Source: Eledone cirrhosa
Lineage: Eukaryota
DNA: 64,000 nucleotides
Assembly: GCA_964016885.1 (NCBI GenBank)
Contig: OZ024743.1
Span: forward strand, 376,650,001-376,714,000
Reading direction: 5' to 3'
The notes beneath the pieces were generated by a model. It saw only the letters and a program-made list of their open reading frames with translations, had not been told where the DNA came from and searched no databases. Position 1 is the stretch's first letter. Every line of letters begins with the position of its first letter. The position numbers and the translations under genes are program-made. Below are positions 14,975 through 30,677 of the stretch, one piece after another.

Positions 14975-15985
14975 AATACATCTTATTGTGTGTCTTAAGA
15001 TGTACCACTCTAAATATATCTTATTGTGTGTCTTAAGATATACCACTCTAAATATATCTTATTGTGTCTTAAGGTGTACCACTCTAAATATATCTTATTG
15101 TGTGTCTTAAGATATACCACTCTAAATATATCTTATTGTGTCTTAAGATGTACCACTCTAAATATATCTTATTGTGTGTCTTAAGATATACCACTCTAAA
15201 TATATCTTATTGTGTGTCTTAAGATATACCACTCTAAATATATCTTATTGTGTGTCTTAAGATATACCACTCTAAATATATCTTATTGTGTGTCTTAAGA
15301 TATACCACTCTAAATATATTTTATTGTGTGTCTTAAGATATACCACTCTAAATATATCTTATTGTGTGTCTTAAGATATACCACTCTAAATATATCTTAT
15401 TGTGTGTCTTAAGATATACCACTCTAAATATATCTTATTGTGTGTCTTAAGATATACCACTCTAAATATATCTTATTGTGTGTCTTAAGATGTACCACTC
15501 AAAATATATCTTATTGTGTGTCTTAAGATATACCACTCTAAATATATCTTATTGTGTGTCTTAAGATGTACCACATTAAATATATCGTATGGTGTGTCTT
15601 AAGATGCTCCACTCAAAATATATCCTATTGTCTGTGTAGAACTTATATTATATCTTAAGATGTACCATCTAAATATATCTTATCGTGTGTCGTAAGGTGC
15701 ACCTCTCTAAATATATCTAATTGAAAATATATCCTATTGTCTGTGTAGAACTTTTACATCTTAAAATGTACCATCTAAATATATCACACTGTGTGTCTCA
15801 AAATATATCCTATTGTCTGTGTAGTAGTTTAAAATTTTAAGATGTACCACTCTAATAATATATCCTAAGATGTAGCAACTGAATATATATCGTATTGTCA
15901 GTGTAGAATTTTTATATCTTAAGATGTACCATCGAAATATATCTTCTTGTGTGTCTTAAGGTGTACTCCTCTAAATATATCACTA
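14975..15985. repeat. 38-bp minisatellite (AAATATATCTTATTGTGTGTCTTAAGATATACCACTCT), homogeneous to ~15600 then degenerate
   Basis: Head-to-tail units without unique spacers; a few 36-bp variants. Confidence 0.95.
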
Positions 15986-16045
15986 AATAGCGACTCAAGA
16001 ATTTCGCCAATTTATCACAGGATCATCAAACAATAACTCATTTTT

Positions 16046-16149
16046 CAGCCTTAATGAAATATTAAAACTCTACTTCGGTATTGAGTACTCCTGGCTGAGA
16101 GAAAGGAGTACTCAATACCGACGTAGAGTTTTAATACTTCATTAATGCT
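16046..16149. repeat. Inverted repeat, ~47-bp arms, ~10-nt loop
   Basis: CAGCCTTAATGAAATATTAAAACTCTACTTCGGTATTGAGTACTCCT and its near-complement. Confidence 0.9.
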
Positions 16150-16214
16150 GGTACATCTTAAGATTTTAAACTACTACACAGACTGGTACATTTTAAGACA
16201 TATATGTATGTGAA

Positions 16215-16430
16215 GGCGTGTGAATGAGTGGTTAGAGAATTGGATTCGCAATCGTGAGGTTGTGAGTTCGATTCCTGGACCAGGCGATGCGTTATGTCCT
16301 TGAGCAAGAAACTTTATTTCACGTTGCTCCTTCTAGCTGGAGTTGCAACCGATAGATAGTATTAGCAATTGGAAAGACCAACGGAAACATTGTTTCCTCG
16401 GTCCGATTTGACGAAAGTCGATCGTTCCTA
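16215..16430 (+). mobile_element. Full-length tRNA-derived CORE-like SINE (family S2)
   Basis: A-box-like TGAGTGGTTAGAG, B box GTTCGATTCC, CORE-like TGTCCTTGAGCAAG, ends in (TA)n. Other copies at 47383-47580 (-) and 63548-63852. Confidence 0.85.
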
Positions 16431-16433
16431 ATA

Positions 16434-16526
<93 letters not shown>

Positions 16527-16529
<3 letters not shown>

Positions 16530-16727
16530 AAGGAAGTGTGGTAAGGAACCAGATGGACCATAACCCACCAGAGTACTCAATACTTAGGGTAGTAGAGTGG
16601 GTAATAGGAAAATGTTTAACCCCCGACGGCAGAGCTCAAGCTGTTTCGACGGCTATTTCTGGACTAAATTTCAGAAATAGCCGTGGAAACGGCTTGGGCT
16701 CTGCCGTCGGGGTTAAACATTTTCCTA
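16527..16727 (-). mobile_element. Family A fold-back element, full hairpin plus tail
   Basis: ~58-bp inverted arms around CTGGACTAAATTTCAG, ~80-nt tail, (TA)n flanks. Confidence 0.92.
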
Positions 16728-17046
16728 TATATATATATATCTTACAAACGACCAAATTTCAAAGCGAGTCAATGAGGGAATCCATATTTGGTTACTAGAC
16801 CTGTTAGAAATAGCAACCAAATATCTCTCAAATCATATTTTAGTCTTTAAGAGGGGGAAAATATTTTGGATAATACAGTTTGGGATAAACTAATGTCTGT
16901 TAAGATAGGTCTTGTATATATATATACATCAGTTTTCAAATTCATAGCTAAAAGCTTTCAAAATGTTTATTCTTAAAAATACCGTATATTCAAAATACTC
17001 ATACTTATATGTATACAGCTATGTTAGAGCGAACACCTAAAACATA

Positions 17047-17135
<89 letters not shown>

Positions 17136-18059
17136 TGTGTGTGCGTGTGTGTGTGTGTGCGCGCGTGTGTGTGAGTGCGTGCGTATATGTATGTATATAA
17201 AAGGTAAACAGAAATAACAACACAAACAGTACAGTATATGGAAGGAATATATTAGTTTATGTGTGTGTATGAGTGTTCATGTGTGTGTGTGTGTGGTTGT
17301 GTTTGTGCGTGCGTATGTGTGTGTGTGTGTGTGTGTGTGTGTTTGTATGAATATGTGTGTATGTATATACGTATACAATCATCTAGCAAGTTGTGAATAG
17401 TTAGAGACCGTAATGAATGTAATAACGCAAAGATATTTCGGTTTCTTTAGCCGGACGTTTCGTATTTGATGACGCTAATTATATGGTTAAGCGAATGAAT
17501 ATTTAAAAAGGGCGGGAAAAAAGATCATCTTTTAACACCACCACCACCACCACCACCACCGCGACTATCATTAGCCCTGCCATAATCATCATCACCGCCA
17601 CCACCACCACCACCACCACCAGTACGACTATCATCAACGCTACCACCACCACCACCACCACGACTATCATCAACACTGCCGCCATCATCACCAACACCAC
17701 CACCATTATCATCACCACCATCATCATCATTATCATCAACATTTTCATCACGGAAATCTAAATTCTACAGATAGAGATTGAGAGAGGGAGGGAGATAGAT
17801 AGATAGATAGAGAGAGAGAGGGGGGGGAGATAGAGAGAGAGGGAGAGAGAGAGTTAATTAAAGGATACATACAAATTGTTACTTTTAAATCTCTTCCAAA
17901 TTAATTATATGGGGGGGGGGGATTCGTTTTAAATTTTATTACTTTATTAATTTTTTTTTAACTCTATGAAAAACTTGTCTTGTAATTACAAATATCGATT
18001 AACTCAGGAAAAGACTTACAGCTAAGAGAATCGAAGACAACATTTTAATCGCTAAGGTG

Positions 18060-18115
18060 AATAATAGTAATACTACTACTAATAATAATGATAGTAATGA
18101 TGATGGTGCTGGTGG

Positions 18116-18175
<60 letters not shown>

Positions 18176-18198
18176 CGATCATGACGATCATGAAGATG

Positions 18199-18229
<31 letters not shown>

Positions 18230-18400
18230 CGATGGTGATAATGATGATCATCATCAAGATGATAATGATGATGTTGATGAGGATGATGATGATAATTATG
18301 ATAATGATAATAATGATGACAATCATGAAGATGATAATGTTGATGATGATGATGATGACGATGACGATGATGATGATGATGATGGTGATGATATTGATAA
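18060..18400. repeat. (GAT)n imperfect microsatellite
   Basis: Direct reading. Confidence 0.95.
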
Positions 18401-18584
18401 TTGTTTCTACTATTGGCACAAGGCCAGCAATTACCCAGTGCATTACTGGTACTTTATTTTATCGACCCCGTAAGGATGAAAGGCAAAGTCAACCTCGGCG
18501 GGATTTGAACTCAGATCGTAAAGGGACGTAACTATGCTGAAAGCATGGCGTCCGACCCTCTACCGATACTGCCAATCCACCGCC
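18400..18584 (-). mobile_element. Nin/Deu-domain tRNA SINE, young copy
   Basis: Near-identical to 35987-36176 and 41957-42137. Confidence 0.88.
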
Positions 18585-18645
18585 CATCCACCCCATGATA
18601 TTGATAATGATGGTGATGGTGATGATGATGTTTATGATAATGATA

Positions 18646-18677
<32 letters not shown>

Positions 18678-18998
18678 AAAATTGTGTTCATTTAATTGCT
18701 AAAAATTCTTAGTTTCTTACAAATCTTTTCTTTTATCCGGTGTTATTTTTTTTTCCGTGTGTATCTAAGTCCATTATTTTAAAGATTGTTTAGTGTATGT
18801 GTGTATATTTATGAGAATGTGTATGTGTTTATATGTGTGTATCTTTGTGAGTCTGCGTCTATATGCTTGTATTGTGTGCATATATCAATGTACTTGTATG
18901 TAGGTATGTTTATGTGAATTTTTGTGTGTGTTTGTATGTATGTTTGTATCGTTTGCATATATCTGTGTAGATGTATATATATATATATATATATATAT

Positions 18999-19083
18999 AA
19001 CAAAGGAATTGTGGTAAGGAACCAGATGGACCATAACGCACCAGAGTACTCAATACTTAGGGTAGTAGAGTGGGGAAATATTC
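18999..19083 (-). mobile_element. Family A, tail-only copy
   Basis: AACAAAGGAATTGTGGTAAGGAACC...GTAGAGTGGG between TA tracts. Confidence 0.9.
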
Positions 19084-19101
19084 TATATATATATATATAT
19101 A

Positions 19102-19153
<52 letters not shown>

Positions 19154-19157
<4 letters not shown>

Positions 19158-19349
19158 AAAAAGTATGACCCCGACGGCAGAGCTCAAGGCGTTTCGACGA
19201 CTATTTCTGGAGTCCAGAAATAGCCGTCGAAACGGCTTGAGCTCTGCCGTCGGGTTCATACTTTTTCCGATTACCCACTCTACTACCCTAAGCATAGAGT
19301 ACTCTGGTGCGTTATGGTCCATCTGGTTCCTTACCACAACTCCTTCGTT
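19154..19349 (+). mobile_element. Family A fold-back element, full hairpin plus tail
   Basis: TAGGAAAAAGTATGACCCCGACGG...CCGTCGGGTTCATACTTTTTCC, then tail. Confidence 0.92.
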
Positions 19350-19397
19350 ATATATATATATATAGATATAGATATATGTGTATATATATATATATAA

Positions 19398-19507
<110 letters not shown>

Positions 19508-19618
19508 GCTTTATTTTTATTTTTATTTTTAATTTCATTCGCACCGTTTCCTTTCGCTATATGTCTCTCCACCACCCCCCTACACACCCTTTGAACTCTG
19601 TTCCCACACACTTCTCAC

Positions 19619-19646
19619 CTGAGGAAGGGCTTATGCCCGAAACGTC
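19619..19646 (+). ncRNA. Minimal hammerhead core (PLE-type)
   Basis: CTGAGGA-AGGGC-TTAT-GCCC-GAAA-CGTC, with AATAAA ~40 nt downstream; stem I is poorly paired. Same family at 51339-51366 (-) and 44990-45017 (-). Confidence 0.65.
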
Positions 19647-19736
19647 GTTCCCCACCATCACCCCACTCTCCAGAGCGTGAAATTAATAAACATTCGTTGT
19701 ACTGCCTCTCTGTTTTGTTCCTGTTCAAATTTTTCC

Positions 19737-19797
<61 letters not shown>

Positions 19798-19798
19798 C

Positions 19799-20143
19799 TA
19801 GGTAGTAACATGTACTTACGTCATATTTGACTAAATAGAATTAGTCTGTTGGTTGGGATTTTTAAAAACCCTCTGAATGGAAAAAAGGATGAGTATTGAT
19901 GTATAGACACGAACCCACATCTTTGGTTTGCCGGTAACACATTGGTCCGGCAAACCAATAATGTGGGTTCGTGTCTCATGTACATCAATACTCATCCTTT
20001 TTTTCCATTCAGAGGGTATTTTTTAAAATCCCAACTAACAGACTATTTCTGTTTAGTCAAATACGGCGTAAGCACATATTACTAACTAATTTTCAAATTC
20101 GCTAGCCGTTTGTAAACAAAGCCTGCTTTGTGCCTCCCTATTT
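19799..20143 (+). mobile_element. TA-embedded asymmetric fold-back element (~138-bp arms plus ~55-nt tail)
   Basis: 19799-19934 is the inverse of 19947-20088, with scattered mismatches; unpaired extension to ~20143. Confidence 0.85.
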
Positions 20144-20154
20144 ATATACATACA

Positions 20155-20267
<113 letters not shown>

Positions 20268-20783
20268 TTGTGTGTTTCAGTGTTTATTTGTGTACCTCTG
20301 TCTGTGTGTGTTGCTTGTGTGAGGGTGGTTAGGTAGGAAAAGACTTCTACCGAACTAAAGCTGTTTCTGATCCAATAGAAGTGATTTCTATATGAAATAA
20401 ATACCTACCGTCTCTACAAATAATTTCTGTATTTAACTTTTCTTGGGAAAACCTTTCTCAATTTCGTATGTATATATATGTATATGTGTGTATGTGTATA
20501 CATATATACTTATACACATATATAATGGGCGTATGCAGTTTCTGTCGGCCAAATTTCATTGACAAGTCATTAGCAAATCTGAGGCTACAGTAGAATAGAC
20601 TTGTCCAATGTGTCAAAGAATAGGACTGAACTCAAAACCATGTAGTTGTGAAGTGATCACCTGAACCACACAGCCATACATGTATGTATGTATGTATGTA
20701 TGTATGTATGTATGTATGTATGTATGTATGTATGTCCGTGTGTGTGTGTGTATGTTTGTGCAGTTAGGTGTCTGAGATTGAGG

Positions 20784-20842
<59 letters not shown>

Positions 20843-20950
20843 ATGTATGTGTGTATGCGTATGCACGCATGCGTATGTGTATGAGTGTGTGACTGTGTGT
20901 GAGAGAAATATTGTCATTCAAACAACTGCACCGGCCAGTTATAACCCCTC

Positions 20951-21027
<77 letters not shown>

Positions 21028-21706
21028 CCTACCCACCGTATAAACACATACTTATAAAAGTACAAATATACAAATTTAACAGCAAATACTGAATTTTAAT
21101 GATAGTCAAAAACTGAATAAATGAAATCTGATATATTTTTTTCTTAAATAATGTATTTTAAATATTTATAAAAATTTATTTATTTTTCTTAAATAATAAC
21201 GTGAAATATTTATGAATAATTTTAAAGTTTTTCTTAAATAATGTGCTACGTTTATGAATACTTGTTTCTTTTTGTTGTTTTTTATTCTTAAATAATATAT
21301 GTGAAATATTTATGAATATTTTTTTAGTTTTTCTTTTATTTTCTTAAATGATAAGTTTAAAATATCTATAAATATTTTTCCGTTTTTCTTAAATAATAAG
21401 TGTAAAATATTTAAACCATAAAAATGAAATAATTAAAGACTTGAAATTTTTTCACTTTTATTTTTCAAATAAAATTTTTAAATCATAAACTTTGAAGTGT
21501 ATAATTTTCAGAGAGAGAGAGTGAGAGTTTCTTTGTGTGTCTGTGTCTGTGTGTATGTGTGAGCGCATATATGTATGTAGAGACGCTCATTAATGCGTTT
21601 ATGTGTTTTATTTTGTGTATATATGTGTATGTTCATTTATGTGTTCACGTATATTTATATGACTGCATATATGTATGCGTAAATAAGTATGTATGCGTTA
21701 ATGTAG

Positions 21707-21808
<102 letters not shown>

Positions 21809-22129
21809 CAGAACTGGCATTAAGAATCTTAGAACATGTTCAAGTTTGATGGAACAAAGAAAGAAAGGAAGAAAGAAGGCGAGGCAAAATGAAAGAAAGA
21901 CGAAAAGCAAGAAGAAGAAAGTGTGAGTTATCTACTGATGGTGTTTCAGAGGTATTTTGTGAGGGGAAGTAAATGAAGTGACCACAGTTTTGCTGTCCAA
22001 ACCAATTTATATAGTTTACACAGATTTCAGCCATGTGTAGTTAATAAGTCGTTAGGTGTACAAGGATGTGGCTTAGTGGTTAGGGTTTTAACTCACGGTC
22101 ATATTGTAGGTAACTAAATACTGTCCGAC

Positions 22130-22430
22130 ATTTTGCTCGTCACTTTACCGACACTGCCAAACAACACCACCATGTTTTACTCATTACCCGTCTACCGCTA
22201 CAATAATGGCCTTTGCTCGTCGGATCTTACTAGTCTTATACCAGCTCCATCCGGGCACTTGGCATCACCCGTGTTGTGTTCACCCTTCCTTAATCTCGGA
22301 AATAATTACTATCCCTAGTCCTTGCCCAGAACATCAGTTCTCTGGTACTTCATCTTAACACACGACTTTCGAAAAGGAGTGGGCCTGTAGCAATTTAAGA
22401 GAAACGTTAACGGCATCGATCACTCAGGTC
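22130..22430 (+). mobile_element. Decayed CR1/L2-like LINE 3' end
   Basis: Translates to YRYNNGLCSSDLTSLIP...SLPRTSVLW...QFKRNVNGID, resembling the ORF2 C-terminus of these LINEs. Confidence 0.6.
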
Positions 22431-22839
22431 TCCAGAAAGACTGTGAAAACCATGTTCCCTGCCCCTTCCCCCAGACCTTTCAAGTAAAAAAAAACACACA
22501 GAAAAGGTACCGCCTCTGTTACCCACAGTCGCTATTATTCTGCCTACTACATTACCAAACACTACTGCCATTATTGTATCCGCCACCCTGCCAACTATCA
22601 GCCCTCAACACACCAATTATTTATATGAGAGGAGCAATGAAATCCTCATATCTGAAATTCCTTAGCTGGGTCATAGAAAGCAATAATTTAACATAAGTAC
22701 ATCAATGGCCATTACATACATCTTTATTATTTGTCATAACATTTATATGTCTACCAAGAGCTATCATAAAATATTGTTACGTCATAAATTATACTGATCT
22801 GAGGTCAACTGCATAAACACGATTAGATACAACAATCTC

Positions 22840-23930
22840 TACATGGTTACAAAACCTACAGGAAATAGCAGCCCAGTGTATAAAATAATATGTTACAATT
22901 TTAAATAAGGAAAGACAAGAAAAGGAAAAGAATGGAACCGATTTTCGAGATCAGACAAAGGAAACCTTTTCCATTGTTTGTTGTGTTTTTTCGTTGCTGA
23001 TACTATCTATCGGCTGCAATTCCCGATGAAAAGATACGTTATATGATATAGTCCTAAACATACATATTCCTAGAACATCGTGGTTGTCACGGCCAGAAGG
23101 CCTACGATCATAGGTTTATTATGTTAAGGTTAACAAGAACAGCAACAACTTTCTAATATCATACACCTAAGGAATATTCACAGCGAAGAATTCTCTACGT
23201 AGCTGCTTGAACAGGCTAGAAGTAGCAACCAAACCTCCTTCAAATCACATCCTGCCGTCTTCAATAAGATACGGACACATTGGATAATGTAGGCAGTTAT
23301 AGACATATATGACCATAAAAAGACGGAATAGTCACGGCTGGAAGACTTTTGATCATAAAGTCTATTCGGTCAGAGCTGACTTGGGGCTAAACCACAACAA
23401 CTATCACGGATTCTCAATGTGGTTGGTTGAAACTAGCAACCAAATTACACCCTACAAGTCTTAAACTAAAGCAAAGATACTTTGGGTACTGTAGTCCTAC
23501 AAACCCTTAAAACGACAGGATGTTCACCGCTGAAATGCCTTTAGTTATAAGGTCTATTAGGGCGGTGAATTGGTAATATCAGTAGAGCGTCGGACAACAT
23601 TCTTTACGGCATATAGTTACGTCCCTTTACGTTCTGAGTTCAAATCCCGTTGAGGTAAACTTTGCCTTTCATCCTAACGGGATCCATAAAATAAAATACC
23701 AGTAAGGCTTACTAGCTCTATACGGACGTTTAAATTGGTTAAATAAATAAATGAATATTTCTTAATGTAATAATCAGTGACATATCACAACAGCAACATG
23801 AATAAATAAGAAAGCTCGCCGTGGCCGTTTCACCTGCAAGAAATAGCAACCAAATCCCCTGCAAATCACAACCTACAGCTTTTGTATGCCACATTAGATA
23901 ATGTAGTCCTAGATAACCTGTGTCTGACTA
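22840..23930 (+). repeat. Cluster of four degenerate copies of a dispersed repeat (AAATAGCAACCAAA...GGATAATGTAGTCCTA...GTCACGGCTGGAA), interrupted by a Nin-SINE at ~23561-23705
   Basis: Motif recurs at ~22863, 23221, 23430, 23841; also at ~16808. Confidence 0.6.
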
Positions 23931-24099
23931 AATGAATCTGGAGCAACAGCGGCGGCGCGGATGTGGTCGCAGATCAGCTAAGGTGGCACAGCAGCGATGG
24001 CACAGCGGCAATGACACGATAGTGAAGGCAGAGCATCGGTGTGGTGGCACGGTAGCGGTGAAAAAGCAGTGTTGACAGCGACAGGGTGGTGAGGACAAG

Positions 24100-24478
24100 G
24101 CAGCGATGGCTGTGGCACGACAGCGATGGCTGTGGCACGACAGCGATGGCTGTGGCACGACAGCGATGGCTGTGGCACGACAGCGATGGCTGTGGCACGA
24201 CAGCGATGGCTGTGGCACGACAGCGATGACGGTGACTCAACAGCGATGGCTGTGGCACGACAGCGATGGCTGTGGCACGACAGCGATGGCTGTGGCACGA
24301 CAGCGATGGCTGTGGCACGACAGCGATGGCTGTGGCACGACAGCGATGACGGTGACTCAACAGCGATGGCTGTGGCACGACAGCGATGGCTGTGGCACGA
24401 CAGCGATGGCTGTGGCACGACAGCGATGGCTGTGGCACGACAGCGATGGCTGTGGCACGACAGCGATGGCACGACAGC
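24100..24478. repeat. 20-bp GC-rich minisatellite (CAGCGATGGCTGTGGCACGA)n with 120-bp higher-order period
   Basis: Variant unit CAGCGATGACGGTGACTCAA at 24221 and 24341. Confidence 0.95.
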
Positions 24479-25061
24479 TGAACATGAGAGGAAAGGAGAG
24501 GAGTATGTTAAGTGGATTAATGGTTCTTGTCAACTCAAGTGATAATTCTTTCTACTTAGTAGTGAGGAGTAGATTGTGACAATGTGGCGATAATGTTGTG
24601 ATGACGATAATGTCGTGATAACGGTAATGTTGTTGTTATGACGGCACTGATGTGTGATAACGGTAATGTTGTTGTAATAATGGTAATGTTGCTGTGATGA
24701 CGATAATTTTGTTGTGATGACGGTAATTTTGTGATTTCGATAATCTTGTTGTGATGTCGGTAATGTTGATGTGATGAGGATAATGTTGTGATGACAATAA
24801 TTTTGTTGTGATGACGATACACCAGTAATGGGATGGAAAGATTTTTAATTTACGCACAAAGTCAATAGTTTTTGAGGAAGAACGAGGTTGATTATATCAC
24901 CCTCAGTACATTGCTGGTACTTTATGTTATCGACCTCGGACAAATGAAAAGCAAAGTTGACTTCGGTAGGATATGAACTTTAATGATTTCGTTGGCATTG
25001 TGCTTTCTATTTAAGCAGAACGCCAACAATTCAGGTATGAAGGGAAAATCGACTTTAGTAT

Positions 25062-25289
25062 TTAACCCTTTAGCATTCACATTGCTCTATATATACTATT
25101 ATATTTTCATGGTTAAGGCTTTACCTCGCATAATTACCTCACATAATATCGAATCTATGAGATTTTGAAAGTATTTATTTTGAGAACAATACCTTAATAT
25201 CAGTTTGAGTGACCAGTTACAGCCAGTTTCAACAGAAAAAGGTAGAGAATTCTGGCCGGTTTTGGCCGGTTTGGACATTAAAGGATTAA
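25062..25289. mobile_element. piggyBac-like MITE
   Basis: TTAA-CCCTTTAGCATTC ... GGACATTAAAGGA-TTAA: TTAA TSD and imperfect CCCTTTA TIRs. Confidence 0.65.
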
Positions 25290-25443
25290 CTGGTACTTTA
25301 TTTTTTTCAACGTGAAGTTAACTTGGGCAAAGTTAACCTCTACGAGATTTGAACGTAAAGGGCCGGAACATATACTGCTATATGTATATATATAGGGTGT
25401 CCCCCCAAAATGTAGAAACATTTCAACAGCATTCTAATAAAAC

Positions 25444-25483
<40 letters not shown>

Positions 25484-25509
25484 AGCGTGTGTGTGTGTGT
25501 GTACATATA

Positions 25510-25568
<59 letters not shown>

Positions 25569-25751
25569 GTGTGTGTGTGTACCATATGTGGATGTGCATT
25601 GTATAAATAAATAAATATATGTGTGTTTTAAATCCAACAGATATTGCGACCAACACTCCTTGACAGATGGATATATATATATATATATAAACACACATAT
25701 ATATATATAAATATATATATAAATATTATATATACATATATATATATATAC

Positions 25752-25813
<62 letters not shown>

Positions 25814-26300
25814 CAAACTAGGCCATGACAAGGGAAAAATCTTTCTATAAATTTTTAATCAGTCCATTTTCTCAAGATTTACAATGTGGTACGTCCGCCC
25901 CTCCGTCCAACCAGCCATCCGACCGGCCTGTCTGTCGGTCGGTTATTCAGTCCATTTACTTGCCTCAAACTTTCACTTTTGCTGTCCCTCACTTATTACT
26001 CCCCTTCCTCCTCTTTCCACTCCCTACACCAACCCTTTGAAAATTTTCTCAATTTTCTTTAATTCATTTTCCTTAATAAACTTTCACCTCCGCATAATGC
26101 TCTTTGTCAATTGCACTCTCCAGTTTCTTACACTCTTTGCCTCTCCCTCTCTGTCACTCTCACTCTGTCGCCCTCTCCAAATCTCTCTCTCCGTCCCTCT
26201 CCCTCCTCCTCTGTATGATTTGCCTCTCAGCTCCTTATGTCACCCCCCCCCTTTGTACTGTACGAATCTCATTCTCCTTAACGCATGCACGCCCCCCCCC

Positions 26301-26361
<61 letters not shown>

Positions 26362-27292
26362 AGCTACATACATATATTCATGTATACATATATAATACAT
26401 ATACACATATACACACACATACACACAAGTACGAACGTGTTTAAATTTTCCCTAACTCAGTTTGCAGCATTATCCACACTCCCCCCACCACCATCTACAC
26501 TGCCACCACCACCACCACCACACCACAACAACAACAACAATCGACATTGCCAACACTACCAAAACCACCACTGCACAGCCACAATCACCAGCGCCAACAC
26601 CACCACCACCACCAACCACACCTCCATCAACACCCACACCACCACAACAACCACCATACAAGAGCCCCAGAACCTCTCCAAGGTAACGGCCTCTTTTATA
26701 ATTAAAATCCTTTAGCTATTGTGTTGACCAACAAATTGAATGGAAGACACTCCACACACCTTGCACTCACCTTGAGATTGGTGAAGACACTATACTTCAC
26801 CACTAAACCACCTTTGGTACGACACTCAAATCAACCCTACACCCACCTGGGTGAGTTTAGTATGATACGCCACTCAAATCTACATTCACTTCGATGAGTT
26901 TGGTATAACACGCCACTCACACATACATTCTCGTGGGTGAGTTTGGTATTACACTCCACTCACACCCACACCAACCTACATACATACATACATACATACA
27001 TACATACATACATACATACAAATATTACAGGTAGAAAACCCATTTATTTCAAAACAAAAATGAATTCGTCCAAAAATAGGGCAAATTTGTGGTAAGTACT
27101 CAATAAAATATTTAATGTGAATTAAAAGTGTTTTAGAGTTATTATTTTTGTATATAGGGTAAAAATGGAAGGGATCTGAAAAATCAAGATTATTCTATTC
27201 AAAAGAGATTACACACCCCCTCACTCACACGAAAGAAAATATATATATACATACATGTACGTATTCATATATGTATATCTGTATCTTTAACG

Positions 27293-27370
<78 letters not shown>

Positions 27371-27471
27371 GTATATATGTATATATATATATATATACAT
27401 ATATACATATATACATATATACATATATACATATATATATAAAAATATATATATACATACATACATACATG

Positions 27472-27514
<43 letters not shown>

Positions 27515-27867
27515 CTATATATATATCTAAATATATATATATTTCTCTCTCTCTCTATATATATATATATATAGTTCTCTATACATATCTGTATGTATAT
27601 ATATATATATATATATACATACACAAACATTCACAGATATATATATATATACTTTTTTACTCTTATATATATATATATATAAACTATATATATATATATG
27701 CATAATGTTGTTACAAGGCAAATGTCATCTGTCTGCTTAACACTCTCCGTTGATGGTTGTCTCAATTCTGTAGTGTCAGCTTTGTAGGTTGATGTCTCCA
27801 CAATCTCTGTCGTAACGTCCGCTTTTGTCCGTTGTTGATGTCGCCATCTTATATATATATACATATA

Positions 27868-28003
<136 letters not shown>

Positions 28004-28084
28004 CATATATACACATATATATGTACATATATATATACGCACGCACCACACACACATACATATATATATGCATATATATATAGT

Positions 28085-28131
<47 letters not shown>

Positions 28132-28572
28132 CACACACTATATATACAATGTTGTTACAACGTCCGCTTTTGTCCGTTGATGATGTCGCCATCATCATTA
28201 TTGTCAATATAAAGTGTTAGACAGGACTGACAACAGCCAGAAGAGATTTAACTGACATTCACCTAAAACAAATATCACATGAAGCTAAGACAGAGAGAAA
28301 ATTAAAAACGGAAACACATAAAGGTTGTAACGAGCGAGGGAGGAAAGACGGATTTTGGTTTTTAAATGAAATATATAAAAATAACAAGGGCAGATAAGTG
28401 TGTCGTCGTTGTTGGCGTTAAAGAAGGTTCAATTCAGAGCATTGTTTTGATTTCATTTCAGTTTAATTCATTGTTTTTATTATACTTACATGTATGATGC
28501 ATATATATATATATGTATGTATGTATATATATATGTGTATATATGTATATAATTATATAATTATATACATAT

Positions 28573-28668
<96 letters not shown>

Positions 28669-28992
28669 GCTTTTATCTTCATCAAACTGGAAAGATGCTG
28701 GAGATAAATGTTATTTTTTGTCCGTACTGCTTTTATATAGGCTGGGGGTGGGGGAATTTAACTGAAGCAGAAAAAAATCTTAACTTTCCACTTTCTGAAC
28801 AAAATTTTTGTTTTTATTTCCCTAAATTGCCCATCTCATCCGAACTCCATCTCCAATCTATCAAATTTTACTTTTTTTAGAATTATCCCATATATATATA
28901 GAGAGAGAGAGCGGGGGGGGGGGGGGGAGATAATATATAATATATATATATATTTATTTATATGTATATATGGATACACACACACACACAAA

Positions 28993-29041
<49 letters not shown>

Positions 29042-29426
29042 GAGTGTATGTGTGGGTGTAAGTATATTTGTATGAATGTACACACATATACATGTGTGTG
29101 TGTGTGTATAAAAGAAAATCCACGATGAAAATACTAAAAGTAATTGCAGCTTATACCATTTGGTTTTCAGTCCCTGAACAAGGAGGAATACCGAGGAATA
29201 TTTAGTGATTGAAAAATCGTGATAAAAATTGCGTTTTTAGACTAGACATTGTACTATATATTAAGATGGTAGATGTAAATAATGAGGTTTGAGCTTCAAA
29301 TGAATTTTATGTAATGTGCACAATCCTTCATGCACACACACAAATATATATGTACATATACATATATATGTGTGTATGTGTGTGTGTGTGTGTGTGTAAA
29401 AGGTAAACAGAAATAACAACTCAATC

Positions 29427-29557
<131 letters not shown>

Positions 29558-29582
29558 CATATATATATTACATATATATATT

Positions 29583-29642
<60 letters not shown>

Positions 29643-29767
29643 CATATATATATTACATATATATATATATATATATAATTTGTTTGTCTTCATAAATACT
29701 GTCTTGCAAAATTTTGTAATAGAATTATTAGAAACTCCTACTGTTGGTGGTGGTAGTAGTAGTAGTG

Positions 29768-29853
<86 letters not shown>

Positions 29854-30203
29854 CACTGCCACTAACTAATATCTCTCTCCCAATATTAGCTGTTTGCAAA
29901 CAAAACCTCTCGGCTAGCATGGTGATGTTTATCATTTATAAATGGCATTTGAAAAAATGGTGGTGAATAGACAGAGTCGTTAGAGCGTAGGATTAAATGC
30001 TTTAGTCAATAGTTCTGGCCCTCTGCGACTTGAGTTCAAATACCGTCAATGTCACCTATGTATTTCATCCACACAGACATACATTTAGTATATGCACGAA
30101 CTTGCATTGCCCAGGCGGTGGCTAACGAGGAATTTAGATTATTTTGTTCATTTATCCCACGTATTTCATTTTTCAGAGTGAAACATTGCTTTATATATAT
30201 GTG

Positions 30204-30237
<34 letters not shown>

Positions 30238-30389
30238 TATACGTACATACATATACATATATCTTCTTCTGGTGAAGGACTAGACCCTCTTCCTGCTATA
30301 TCAAGCGGTAACCTAATATAGCCCTTCCATATACTGTGCTAATCTTGTTGTTATTTCTGTTTACCTTTTACATACATATATATATACAT

Positions 30390-30677
<288 letters not shown>

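Noticed and set aside
14975-15985. 38-bp repeat array as a CRISPR array
   Set aside because: No unique spacers, no cas genes, eukaryotic context.
16215-16290. tRNA gene
   Set aside because: The tRNA-like head continues into a SINE body present in several copies; no proper acceptor stem.
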